From: an uncultured Lacinutrix sp.
GTDB lineage: Bacteria > Bacteroidota > Bacteroidia > Flavobacteriales > Flavobacteriaceae
Direction: 5' to 3'
DNA: 64,000 bases
NCBI GenBank assembly: GCA_937129145.1
Contig: CAKZMU010000009.1
Coordinates: 80,551-144,550, forward strand
Shown: piece by piece, positions 49,683 through 59,826 of the stretch
Layout of the letters: every line of letters begins with the position of its first letter
Position numbering within the stretch: the first letter of the stretch is position 1
Position numbers and translations under genes: made by a program
The notes under the pieces: generated by a model
The model's database searches: none
The model's input: only the letters and a program-made list of their open reading frames with translations
What the model was told of the DNA's origin: nothing

Positions 49683-50729
49683 TTATATCTTTTTTCTTTG
49701 TTTTTTTAAGGGATTGCTACTTATTTTTTGAAATTCTTCTCGGTTTTTAAAAATTTGAATTCCTGTAAACAGTGCTTCTTTAAACGAACTGTTATCGGCT
49801 TGTCCTTTTCCTGCTATTTCATAAGCTGTTCCGTGGTCTGGAGAGGTTCTCACACCACTAAGTCCAGCAGTGAAATTTACACCTTGACCAAAAGATAGTG
49901 TTTTAAATGGGATGAGTCCTTGGTCGTGATATGCAGCAATAATAGCGTCGAAATTGTTATAATTGTTGGAGCCAAAAAAACTATCGGCCGAATAAGGTCC
50001 AAAAACCAATTTCCCAGTGTCACGTATCTCTACCAATGTTGGTTTTAAAATGTCATCATCTTCGGTTCCAATAACACCATTGTCTCCTGTATGAGGGTTA
50101 ATGCCTAAAACAGCTATTTTTGGCTTTCTAATACCAAAATCTATTTTTAATGTTTTATTAATGGTTTCTATTTTTGATGTAATCAATTCTTTGGTGATTT
50201 TTGATGACACTTCACTCACAGGAACATGGTCCGTTAAAAGTCCCACCTTTAAACTATTGGTAATCATAAACATGAGGCCTTCGCCTTCTAGTTCTTGAGA
50301 TAAATAGTCGGTGTGCCCTGGAAAATTAAAAGAACTTGACTGAATGTTGTGTTTGTTAATTGGTGCTGTTACTAAAACATCAATTTTATTGTTTTTTAAA
50401 TCATTTGTTGCTGTCTTAAAAGATTTTATGGCATACTCACCTATTTTCATATCCTCGTTGCCAAAATTAATGGCCACGTTTTCTTTCCAAACGTTCAGTA
50501 CATTAACTTTACCATGTATAGCCTGTTCTGGTTTATGAATTCCGTTAAAACTTATATCACTTTTAAAATGTGTTTTAAAAAACGCAAATGCTTTATTTGA
50601 CGCGTAAATAATTGGTGTGCAAAAATCAAGAATTCTATTATCCTCAAAAGTTTTAAGAATTATTTCGCCACCAATGCCATTTAAATCCCCAACAGAGATA
50701 CCCACTAAAACTTTTTCCTCTTTTCTCAT
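49683..50729 (-). CDS. pdxA: 4-hydroxythreonine-4-phosphate dehydrogenase
   Basis: ~348 aa; PdxA-like metal-binding His regions (GHTDY, AYHDQG). Confidence 0.8.
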   Translation of the reverse strand: MRKEEKVLVGISVGDLNGIGGEIILKTFEDNRILDFCTPIIYASNKAFAFFKTHFKSDISFNGIHKPEQAIHGKVNVLNVWKENVAINFGNEDMKIGEYAIKSFKTATNDLKNNKIDVLVTAPINKHNIQSSSFNFPGHTDYLSQELEGEGLMFMITNSLKVGLLTDHVPVSEVSSKITKELITSKIETINKTLKIDFGIRKPKIAVLGINPHTGDNGVIGTEDDDILKPTLVEIRDTGKLVFGPYSADSFFGSNNYNNFDAIIAAYHDQGLIPFKTLSFGQGVNFTAGLSGVRTSPDHGTAYEIAGKGQADNSSFKEALFTGIQIFKNREEFQKISSNPLKKQRKKI

Positions 50730-50791
50730 TAATAATGATGACTTTTGTTTGTAATTTTGATGTTACAAATTTAACTAAATAAAACCGTTAT

Positions 50792-51382
50792 ATGTTTACT
50801 GGTATTATAGAAGATATTGGAATAGTTACAAATTTAAAGAAAGAAGGAGATAATATTAGTATAACTATTGAAAGTAGTATAACCAACGAATTAAAAATTG
50901 ACCAAAGTGTTGCCCATAACGGTGTTTGTTTAACTGTTGTAAACATAAAAGATAAAGAATATACAGTAACTGCCATTAAGGAAACCATTGATAAATCTAA
51001 CATAGGTGGTCTAATGGTTGGTGGTTTGGTAAACCTAGAAAGAGCCATGAAGCTTGGTGATAGACTCGACGGACATATAGTTCAAGGGCATGTAGACCAA
51101 GTTGCAACTTGTATAGACGCAAAAGAGCTTGATGGAAGTTGGGAATACACTTTTAGGTATGACGCTTCACTAGAAAACATTACCATCGAAAAAGGTTCTA
51201 TCACTGTTAATGGCGTAAGCCTAACTGTGGTTAATTCTAAAAAAGACACTTTTAGCGTCGCTATTATACCTTATACTCACGAGCACACAAATTTTAATAC
51301 TCTAGCAAATGGAACTATTGTTAATTTGGAATTTGATGTAATAGGGAAATACGTGAGCAAGCTTCAGAAAAAGACAGCTTAA
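50792..51382 (+). CDS. ribE: Riboflavin synthase alpha subunit
   Basis: MFTGIIEDIG start; duplicated lumazine-binding halves (VAHNGVCLTV / ITVNGVSLTV). Confidence 0.9.
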   Translation: MFTGIIEDIGIVTNLKKEGDNISITIESSITNELKIDQSVAHNGVCLTVVNIKDKEYTVTAIKETIDKSNIGGLMVGGLVNLERAMKLGDRLDGHIVQGHVDQVATCIDAKELDGSWEYTFRYDASLENITIEKGSITVNGVSLTVVNSKKDTFSVAIIPYTHEHTNFNTLANGTIVNLEFDVIGKYVSKLQKKTA

Positions 51383-51576
51383 CGTTTAGATTTTGATTTA
51401 ATAAAACCTAAATGTTTTATCGCTCCGTAAACAAGTGCTAAGACAAACACAAAAACTACAGCACCGTCAATAGGCAGTCCAACTGGTGGTGGTCCCGAAG
51501 GCGGCGGCGGTACAGGTCCTCCCTGATAGGCGTAAGCCATATTAGAAAAAACAAATAAGATTTGGGTTATTTTCAT
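51379..51576 (-). CDS. 65-aa protein made of a signal peptide, a Pro-rich linker and a C-terminal LPIDG + TM + KSKSKR sorting-signal-like tail
   Basis: MKITQILFVFSNMAYA… GGPVPPPPSGPPPVGLPIDGAVVFVFVLALVYGAIKHLGFIKSKSKR. Confidence 0.4.
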   Translation of the reverse strand: MKITQILFVFSNMAYAYQGGPVPPPPSGPPPVGLPIDGAVVFVFVLALVYGAIKHLGFIKSKSKR

Positions 51577-51935
51577 ATTGTTTTATGAATCATTTTGCTG
51601 TAAAAGTATGAAAAAAAGCGAGTTATCAAAATTTTTACTACAAAAAACACCTATGAAATGCTCAAAAACATCGATTAAGTGCATTCTAGGTTACAATTGA
51701 CACTAACTAATTGACTAAATATTAAAAGAATTAACTGTGTTTATAATCCCTTTGTTATCCCTTAATATGGCAAAAATAAATATTTTGTATGTATTTTCTG
51801 AAATATTTTTGGGTTTATTGATATCGTTTCAAAAAACGATAGGTTAAAATTTGACACTTACTTGTTTGTTAAGTCACTCCTATTTCTGTGAAAACAAAAA
51901 GGTTTTAGTAAAAAAACTAAAACCTTGCTTTTGTT

Positions 51936-51949
51936 GTGGTCCCACTTGG
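51936..51949. repeat. 14-nt direct repeat of the 3' end of the tRNA-Met gene at 61700–61773; putative distal att-like boundary of a ~9.8-kb islet
   Basis: gtggtcccacttgg is identical at 51936–51949 and 61699–61712. Confidence 0.6.
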
Positions 51950-52254
51950 AATACTACTAATTACAATTATAGAGAGTGTTGTGGAGTAATACGGAGTTTC
52001 GAATAGATTTATTGTTTACTGAAAGAGTAATAAAGAATACTATAGATGTATAAAGGTTTGAGCATCGATTGATTTTTTTATCCTTTTTGTCAAAATTAGA
52101 AAGGCCATTCCTACAAAAGAATAGCCTTTTCATTTTTATATTATATCTATGTCTTTCATAATTTCTAAAGAAACAGGTGCTACTGGGTTAGAAATCATTT
52201 TAAATACTTGATAGAATTTTGCTAATTGCCCCATAGCTATATATAATTTCACTT

Positions 52255-53379
52255 TTAATTGCTTACTAAAAATCCAGAGTTAAATGCATACTGATTCCAT
52301 TTTGGCAATGGATGAAATTCACTCGCCTGCACATCTCTAAACAAACGTTCTAATTCATTTTTACTGTAATAACTTCCACCTCCAATAAGCTCCATGGCAT
52401 ATTTAACTGTGTCAATACAAGCCTCGCTTACATTTGTTTTTAAGCTTAGAATTTCTGATGATAGTTGTTTGGAAGGTGAGAATTCGAGTTCATCTGTACG
52501 TTCATACATGGCTTTCCATTGTACTTTGGCGCTTAAAAATGCATTGTCCAATTTACCTAATACATAAGGCATATGACCTTGATTTGATGTGTTGTTCTTA
52601 GCAAAATTGATGGCAATTTCTCTAGCACGTTCAGCAATACCAATATAAGCAGACATTATTAATGGCATAGCCACTGTGATTACAATATTCCAAACATTAT
52701 GAAACTCATCTTGTGGTCTTTCTAAAGCAATCGCGCTATCTGGAACAAACACGTCTTTTAAAACTACGGTTTGAGAACCTGTTGCTCTCATTCCCATAAC
52801 ATGCCAATCGTCTAATAGACTTAATCCTTCTGTTTTAAAAGGCACTCCAAAATGCAATACTTTGCGCTCACCTCTTTCATTTTCATAAGGTGCTGAAGTC
52901 ACTAATATGTTTCCTGTAGCTGACTGACTCGCAAATGCCTTTTTTGCATTTACCAAATAACCACCCTCTACTTTAGTCATTTCTCCATTAGAACCCAACC
53001 AATCTCTTGCACCTGTACTTACAAGTACTAATTGATTATCTGCAACATTAGCCAATAATGGTTTGCCTGTGTTTTTATGTTTGTATTTCCAAACTGTAGC
53101 AGCCACAAGGTGTTGATGCATTGAAAACGCTAAAGCTGTTGAACCACAATTATTTCCAAATAGTCTAATAATATTACATACTTCAGAGTAAGGCAAACCT
53201 GCTCCTCCTAATTCTTCTGGAACCATTAAAGAGAAAAACTCATTCGCTTTTAACTTCTCGTAATTTTCATAAATGAATTCACCTGTTTTATCTTTTTCTG
53301 ATGCATATTCTGCAAAAGATTGTGCTAAATCATTAGCTATTTTATTCCAATCTGTATTATTTGATGTTACTGTATTCAT
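52255..53379 (-). CDS. Acyl-CoA dehydrogenase-family flavoprotein
   Basis: 374 aa; ACAD-like middle and C-terminal domains. Confidence 0.6.
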   Translation of the reverse strand: MNTVTSNNTDWNKIANDLAQSFAEYASEKDKTGEFIYENYEKLKANEFFSLMVPEELGGAGLPYSEVCNIIRLFGNNCGSTALAFSMHQHLVAATVWKYKHKNTGKPLLANVADNQLVLVSTGARDWLGSNGEMTKVEGGYLVNAKKAFASQSATGNILVTSAPYENERGERKVLHFGVPFKTEGLSLLDDWHVMGMRATGSQTVVLKDVFVPDSAIALERPQDEFHNVWNIVITVAMPLIMSAYIGIAERAREIAINFAKNNTSNQGHMPYVLGKLDNAFLSAKVQWKAMYERTDELEFSPSKQLSSEILSLKTNVSEACIDTVKYAMELIGGGSYYSKNELERLFRDVQASEFHPLPKWNQYAFNSGFLVSN

Positions 53380-53414
53380 TATTTCTTGTTTTTTATGATT
53401 AATCCTTTTGATGT

Positions 53415-54923
53415 TTATTGGTTTTGTAATTGTAATACGCTGTCGGTTAGCATCTGTTGATGCACTTTATTACCTTCTTCTTCAACAATATCAATGATCT
53501 CTTCAATGTCTTTTTTAGACGTTCTAAAATTGACGATGCAGCTTCTTAAGCAATAATTTTCGTTGATAATAGCATTAGAAATAAACACTTCTCCGCTTTT
53601 TTGTAATCGCGTTGTTAGTTTTTCGTTTAACTCATTTAAGTACACTTGTTTATTTTCTAAATGTTGAGGTATTTCTGAAGGTATATACCTAAACGTCGCG
53701 ATACTTAAACTTTGGGTTACTGCATCAAGGTTTGGGTGTTGATCTGCTAATTCAAATAATAATTTAGACAACTTTATATCTTCAGATATCATTTCTTGAT
53801 AACCTTGTCTTCCTACTTGCTGAAGCATTAACCATACTTTTAATGCTCTAAATCCTCTAGAATTTTGAAGTCCGTATTCATAATAATTTTGTTCAGCATC
53901 TTCTGTATCAAAATTGAAATACTCTGGATGTGAACTATATGCATCAGTTAAATGTTTTGGGTTTTTAACCAAAGTACAACCAGCTTCTAACGGACTATAC
54001 AACCATTTGTGTGGGTCGATCGCAATAGAGTCTGCTTCTTTTATACCTTTAAAAGTTGCTTCTAATTCTGGAATAATATTGGCTGGTGCACCATAAGCTC
54101 CATCAACGTGAAACCACATATGATACAATTTACAAATGGCCGAAATACCTTCTAAATTATCGACTGTTCCTGTGCTTACATCACCAGCAGTACCAACTAC
54201 AAAAAAGGGTTCATTGCCTTCAATAATATCTGTTGTGATTGCGTTTTCTAATGCTTCTAAATTCATTTTATTATCCGCATCAGTTTCTATCCATCTAATT
54301 GCATTTGTTCCGTGTCCAAATAAAATGGCAGCTTTATCTATCCATGTATGTGTTGACTTTGAACAATACATGATTAGTTTTTTCTTCAAAGAACCAAGGC
54401 CTTCTTCTTTAATATTGGCTGGTGCTTTAGCTGTTCGTGCCGCAAGAAATGCTGTGAAATTTGCCATGTTCCCACCACTAACTAACACACCTCCATAATT
54501 AGATTCTACTCCAATAAATTGTGCTAGCCATTGTATGGTTTGCTTTTCAATTTCTGTTGCCATTGGTGATAATGCAAATGCGCCAACGTTAGGGTTTACC
54601 GAAGCTGCTAACAAATCTCCTAATGCTCCAATTGGTGCTGCTGAACCTGTGATATAACCCATAAATTTTGGGTGGCCATTAAATAATGAATGGTTATACA
54701 ATAAATCTGTAGCTTTCTCTAATAAAACTGATGCAGAGGTTCCGTTTTCTGGAAATGATTGATTACCTAATAGCGACTGTAACTGCTTTGGTGTTTCGCC
54801 AGTCGTAACTGGTCGCTCCGAAATAGTTTCGTTAAAACCAGAGATACTATCTATTAAGTTATGTCCTAAAGATTTAAATTCTTTAGCTGTTAATTCTAAT
54901 GGTGCTTTTCTATTATTCTCCAT
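53415..54923 (-). CDS. PLP-dependent amino-acid decarboxylase (group II: aromatic-L-amino-acid / glutamate / tyrosine decarboxylase family)
   Basis: 502 aa; fold-type I decarboxylase blocks (IDPHKW…, SGGNMANF). Confidence 0.75.
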   Translation of the reverse strand: MENNRKAPLELTAKEFKSLGHNLIDSISGFNETISERPVTTGETPKQLQSLLGNQSFPENGTSASVLLEKATDLLYNHSLFNGHPKFMGYITGSAAPIGALGDLLAASVNPNVGAFALSPMATEIEKQTIQWLAQFIGVESNYGGVLVSGGNMANFTAFLAARTAKAPANIKEEGLGSLKKKLIMYCSKSTHTWIDKAAILFGHGTNAIRWIETDADNKMNLEALENAITTDIIEGNEPFFVVGTAGDVSTGTVDNLEGISAICKLYHMWFHVDGAYGAPANIIPELEATFKGIKEADSIAIDPHKWLYSPLEAGCTLVKNPKHLTDAYSSHPEYFNFDTEDAEQNYYEYGLQNSRGFRALKVWLMLQQVGRQGYQEMISEDIKLSKLLFELADQHPNLDAVTQSLSIATFRYIPSEIPQHLENKQVYLNELNEKLTTRLQKSGEVFISNAIINENYCLRSCIVNFRTSKKDIEEIIDIVEEEGNKVHQQMLTDSVLQLQNQ

Positions 54924-54950
54924 GATGTTTTGTTTTAAAACGTTTAATTA

Positions 54951-55295
54951 TTAAGCCGCTGTTATTAAAATGCGTTCTATACCAGCAAAGCAATTATTCA
55001 TTATAATCCTGTGTTCTTTTTTTGCTCTTACTAGAAGATTTTTTACTTCAAAAAGAAATGCTTGTAATTGATTTTTTGAGTAGTTTTTATCTTCTATTGC
55101 TTTGCATATTTTCTGAATGCCTTGATAATCATTATCAGCATTAAACTCGGTTTGCATTTTATTAATTTCAGTTTCACTAATATGAATAGAGGTGAAATCG
55201 ATATGATTCTTTTTTGTGAAATTTGAATGCATTAAAAATAAAAGCAGATACACTTTTAGTTCTTCTGTTGTCCATGTTGGTTTATGATTTTTCAT
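54951..55295 (-). CDS. Hypothetical protein
   Basis: 114-aa ORF; no recognisable motif. Confidence 0.35.
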   Translation of the reverse strand: MKNHKPTWTTEELKVYLLLFLMHSNFTKKNHIDFTSIHISETEINKMQTEFNADNDYQGIQKICKAIEDKNYSKNQLQAFLFEVKNLLVRAKKEHRIIMNNCFAGIERILITAA

Positions 55296-55315
55296 GACTT
55301 TGGTACTTTTAAATT

Positions 55316-56170
55316 TTAATTACAGTTTTCGCCAAAAGCTGAGAAACCATCAATACCTGATGACCAGTTTGCATTACTATAAATAGCATCATCTACTTCA
55401 ATACAATAAAGGTTAGAATTAGACCTTGCTTCAAAATCGGTTAAGCTTCCATTGTTTCCATTCTTTACACTTAGGTTTGTTAGTTGATTATTAGAGACGT
55501 CTAAGTCTTCTAATAAACTGTTTTGGCTTAAATCTAATTCTGTAAGTTGATTATGAGCTACTTTAAACCAATACAAATTCGCACTATTCGTAACATCTAT
55601 ACTGGTTAAAAGGTTATTAGAAGTACCTAATCTTACAAGATTTATATTATTTGCTACATCTAAATCTGTTAATTGGTTATTATCGCAGATTAATACCTCT
55701 AAATTTATGTTGCTTCTAACGTCAATACTCGTTAGACTATTTATATAAGCACTAACAGTTTTCAATTCTAAATTGTTACTTAAATCTAAACTTGTAAGCT
55801 GATTGTCTTCTGTATTTAAATTACTTAACTTTAGATTATCGCTTACATCTAAATTGGTTAAACTATTACCATAACATTCTAACACTTCAAGGTTTGTAAA
55901 TGCATCTATACCTTGTAAACTACTAATGTTTTTCTCTGAAACATCTAACTGAATTACAGCTTCGGCATCTGTGATTAAAATGGTTCCGTTTAAGCCATTG
56001 GTATCTATCCCTAAATCGATTAGGGCTTGTTCAAAATTTGAGTCTGGAATGTTGACTTCCGTTCTTTCTGTTTTTTCTACATCATCATCGTTTTTACTGC
56101 ATGATGAGAACATTGTTAGAGCCATTAATAGGCTTAAAATTGTACGATTTGTTGTATTAAGTGATTTCAT
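55316..56170 (-). CDS. Leucine-rich-repeat lipoprotein; a single module of the type repeated four times in the downstream gene
   Basis: Lipoprotein signal (…LTMFSSCSK); ~22-aa LxxLxLxxNxLTxLD(V/L)SxN repeats; C-terminal CIEVDDAIYSNANW…ENCN cap. Confidence 0.7.
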   Translation of the reverse strand: MKSLNTTNRTILSLLMALTMFSSCSKNDDDVEKTERTEVNIPDSNFEQALIDLGIDTNGLNGTILITDAEAVIQLDVSEKNISSLQGIDAFTNLEVLECYGNSLTNLDVSDNLKLSNLNTEDNQLTSLDLSNNLELKTVSAYINSLTSIDVRSNINLEVLICDNNQLTDLDVANNINLVRLGTSNNLLTSIDVTNSANLYWFKVAHNQLTELDLSQNSLLEDLDVSNNQLTNLSVKNGNNGSLTDFEARSNSNLYCIEVDDAIYSNANWSSGIDGFSAFGENCN

Positions 56171-56255
56171 TATTTATTGTTTTAAATTTGATTTTTGAGT
56201 ATAGGAAGCCACCAAACCTATGACGGCTTCCAAAATTTTTAATATGTGATTTGAA

Positions 56256-59200
56256 TTAGTTTACGACCAGTTTCTTTACTGTTTCGCCTAAATTATTTTT
56301 GATATTTACTAAATATATTCCCGAAGGGATTTGACTAACATTAACAGATTGATTGTTGTTAATTGTTGTTGCCAAAATGCTCCTTCCGTTGAAATCATAG
56401 ATTTTTATTTGCGAATCTTCTTGAAGCCCTTTTACATAAAATACCTCTGATGATGGGTTTGGATATAGACTTACAGTATCAAATATGGATTCTTCATTTA
56501 CTCCTAATGATTCACAATTTTCATCAAAACTTGTTTGCGCATCTATATAACTACTCCAAAGTGCGGTACTGTAAGGTGCGTTATCTACTTGAATACAATA
56601 CAGATTGGGATTATTATCTGCTTCAAAATCAGTAATGATAGTGTTATTGCCATTTTTAACATTAAAACTTGTTAGTTGGTTATTGGCAGCATATATTTCA
56701 ATTAGCACTGTATGATTATTTAAATCCATACTTGTTATTTGATTACTTGCAAAACTTAATTCCTCTAAATCAAGATTGTTACTAATATCTAATGTTGTTA
56801 GTTGATTTTCATACAACTCCAGATATGTTAAATCTGGATTATTACTTACATTTATATTTGTAAGTTGACATGTAGAACATGTTAATGATTCTAATAAAAT
56901 GTTGTTAGATACATCTAAACTACCAATTGCATTTCCGCCTGCGTGCAATTCTTTTAATGCTATATTATTTGATATATTTAAACTTGTTAAATCATTATTA
57001 TTACATATTAATATTTCCAAATCTTCAAGACTATTAATGCCTTCCAGATCTTCAATATCATTATTTCCAATTCGTAATTCTATTAAATTTATAAAGCCTT
57101 CTATTCCTGTTGCATTTGAAATATTTTCATTACCTACATCTAGACTTATTACTGCTTCTGCTTCCGACTGAAGAATATTTCCTGTTAAACCATTATTATC
57201 ATATCCTAAATCGATTAAGGCTTGTTCAAAATTTACATCTGGAATAGCAATAGTTGGAAACGGAACGCTACAGTCTTCGCTAAAATTTGTTTGTGGGTCT
57301 ATAAAGGCACTCCAATTTGCATTACTATAGGCAACATCATCTACTTCAATACAGTATAGACTTGGGTTGTTTGTTGCATAGACTCCATCTATATTAACAT
57401 TATTTCCATTTTTTACATTAAGGTTGGTAAGTTGATTATTAGTTATTGATAATTCAAACAATTGAAGATTATTACTAGCATCCATATTTGTAATTTGGTT
57501 ATAACCAATAAGTATTGAAGATAATGCTGTATTGTTTTCAATATTTAAAACTGTTAGTTGATTATTATCTGCTAGCAACTCGTACATGACCATATTGTTC
57601 CCAAGCAATAGTGTTGTTAATTGATTATGACTGCAATCCAATTGTGCAAGCGCTAAATTATTACTTACATCTAAGCTCGTAAGATTATTGTTTTCACATT
57701 GTAGGGCGCTTAAATTTGTAAAGCCTTCAATTCCTAAAAGACTAGAAATATTTTTATTGTTAACATTAAGATTTGTTACCGCTTCGGCTTCACTTTGTAA
57801 AATATCACCTGTAAATCCATTAGTGTCTATACCTAAATCTATGAGTGCTGTTTCAAAATTATCATCTGGAATAGCAATGGTTGGCGCAGATGCATTACAA
57901 TCTTCACTAAAACTAGTTTGTGCATCAATATTCGTCCAATTCGTATTACTATACGCAACATTATCTACATCAATACAAGTTAAATTAGAATTATTTGTTG
58001 TGCTTATACTCGTAAGCATCGTGTTGTTTCCATTTTTTAAGTTTAAACTTGTTAAATTATTATTAGCACAACTAAAAACTGCTAATGCAGGATTATTACT
58101 CAAATCTAAACTTGCTAATTGGTTTCCCCAAACCCTAAAATCTTCTAACAATATGTTATTGCTAACATCTATACTTAAAATTTCTCCATCAGAACAACGT
58201 AATTCTTTTAAATTAATATTCGTATTTACGTTTAAACTGGTGAATAAATTGCTATAACATTGAAGGTATTCTAATGCAGTTGCATTGCTAACATTCAAAT
58301 TAGTAATATCGTTACTATAGCAATACAATGTTTGTAATAAAGAAAGGTTACTTACATCTAAACTTGTGAGTTCATTAGAATGTACATACATAGTTTCTAA
58401 TACAGTATTGTTGCTTACATTTAGATTAGTTAACTGATTAAAAGGCACACTCAAATAAGTTAATAGTGTATTACTACTTATATCTAAACTCGTTAATTGA
58501 CTATTTATGGCTATTAAATATGTTAAGGATGTATTATTGCTAATATCTATACTTGACAGGTTATTGTTACTACAATCTAACGTTTGCAAAGCAGTATTAC
58601 TGCTTAAATTTAAACTCGTCAAATTGTTGTTACTACAAACAATACTAGTAACATTAACAAAACCTTCTATACCTTGTAGAGAATTGATGCCTTTATTATT
58701 TAGTGCTAACGTGTTTACAGCCTCGGCATCAGATTGTAAAATAAGACCATTTATTGTTCCATCACTGTCTTGACCAGCGTCTATAAGTGCTTGTTCAAAA
58801 TTAGAATCTGGAATAGCGACTGTTTGTGCAGTTGTTGCTGCTATAGAAAACATAGTAAATAACATCCAAAACATAGTTTTGCTTTTCAACTTATTCACAC
58901 GTTTTAAATACTCTTTTTTTGTATTGCTTTTTTTAGGAAATGGAACATACATAGGTGTATTTTCTACATAATGCTTATAAAGGTTTCCAAATTCTTTTCG
59001 TAAATCTTTTTCTTCAAAAAAGGTTCCTATAATGAAATATGCCGATAAGAAAATGGCAAAAACAAGATGAGTTCCTGTCATAACTGGTGTAGCCCAAAGT
59101 CCCAACATGCCTCCAAAATAAATTGGATGTCTCATGTACTTATAAAACCCAACCACTTCAAAATTTAATGGTTTATAAGGTTTTTTCATGATCTCGAAAT

Positions 59201-59657
59201 ACACTTGTCTCAAACCAAAGAAATCTAAGTGGTTAATTAAAAATGTACTGATAAATAGAATAGACCATCCAATAAAAAAAAGAGCATACATAAAGTAATT
59301 TAGAGTAATATTAGAAGACACGTCCCATAATAAACCGCCTAATGGTTGCCATTGTATAACCAAAAAGAATAGCAATAAACCAGAGACTAAAATAAAAGTG
59401 CTGCGTTCTATAGCTCTTGGAAAATAGCTAGAGAAAAAATCTTTGAACCATGGTCTTGCCATGATGCTGTGCTGCACTCCAAAAAGAGCAACTAAAACTA
59501 AGTTGTTAAGTAGTGCTAATAAGAATGGCACTCTTGGTTCTTGGTCGATAGATATTTCAGGTATTAAATGACTTACTGATAATATCCAGTATACGATAGA
59601 GGCAAAGCCAACTAAATAGGCCGCGATTGAATAGATTAACATTGTAAAACTTTTCAT
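56256..59657 (-). CDS. 1133-aa fusion ORF: N-terminal ICMT/PEMT-like membrane methyltransferase domain, four tandem ~220-aa LRR modules and a T9SS C-terminal sorting domain
   Basis: N-terminal RHPIYFGGMLGLW motif with multiple TMs; an internal signal-peptide-like Met (MFWMLFTMFSIAATTAQ, ~58877) in the same frame with no intervening stop; four AIPDSNFEQALID…C(I/T)(D/E)VD(D/N)VAYSN modules; C-terminal YPNPSSEVFYV…GIYLVNI tail. Confidence 0.65.
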   Translation of the reverse strand: MKSFTMLIYSIAAYLVGFASIVYWILSVSHLIPEISIDQEPRVPFLLALLNNLVLVALFGVQHSIMARPWFKDFFSSYFPRAIERSTFILVSGLLLFFLVIQWQPLGGLLWDVSSNITLNYFMYALFFIGWSILFISTFLINHLDFFGLRQVYFEIMKKPYKPLNFEVVGFYKYMRHPIYFGGMLGLWATPVMTGTHLVFAIFLSAYFIIGTFFEEKDLRKEFGNLYKHYVENTPMYVPFPKKSNTKKEYLKRVNKLKSKTMFWMLFTMFSIAATTAQTVAIPDSNFEQALIDAGQDSDGTINGLILQSDAEAVNTLALNNKGINSLQGIEGFVNVTSIVCSNNNLTSLNLSSNTALQTLDCSNNNLSSIDISNNTSLTYLIAINSQLTSLDISSNTLLTYLSVPFNQLTNLNVSNNTVLETMYVHSNELTSLDVSNLSLLQTLYCYSNDITNLNVSNATALEYLQCYSNLFTSLNVNTNINLKELRCSDGEILSIDVSNNILLEDFRVWGNQLASLDLSNNPALAVFSCANNNLTSLNLKNGNNTMLTSISTTNNSNLTCIDVDNVAYSNTNWTNIDAQTSFSEDCNASAPTIAIPDDNFETALIDLGIDTNGFTGDILQSEAEAVTNLNVNNKNISSLLGIEGFTNLSALQCENNNLTSLDVSNNLALAQLDCSHNQLTTLLLGNNMVMYELLADNNQLTVLNIENNTALSSILIGYNQITNMDASNNLQLFELSITNNQLTNLNVKNGNNVNIDGVYATNNPSLYCIEVDDVAYSNANWSAFIDPQTNFSEDCSVPFPTIAIPDVNFEQALIDLGYDNNGLTGNILQSEAEAVISLDVGNENISNATGIEGFINLIELRIGNNDIEDLEGINSLEDLEILICNNNDLTSLNISNNIALKELHAGGNAIGSLDVSNNILLESLTCSTCQLTNINVSNNPDLTYLELYENQLTTLDISNNLDLEELSFASNQITSMDLNNHTVLIEIYAANNQLTSFNVKNGNNTIITDFEADNNPNLYCIQVDNAPYSTALWSSYIDAQTSFDENCESLGVNEESIFDTVSLYPNPSSEVFYVKGLQEDSQIKIYDFNGRSILATTINNNQSVNVSQIPSGIYLVNIKNNLGETVKKLVVN

Positions 59658-59826
59658 GATTATTTATTTTTAAGTTCGAGACAAACATATTCACGAAAAG
59701 AGTGGATAGCACAAAATTTAATGGATACAAATGGGTGACAAGCGCCTAATTTACGGATGACAAATGGGTGACGAAAAGAAAAATAAATTTATTAACTAAT
59801 TAGTAATCAGTATTTTAATAAATTAA

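Noticed and set aside
56256-59657. DNA-level tandem repeats in the LRR genes as a CRISPR array or other repeat array
   Set aside because: The repeats are ~66-bp LRR coding units of variable sequence within one long ORF, with no uniform direct repeats or spacer architecture.
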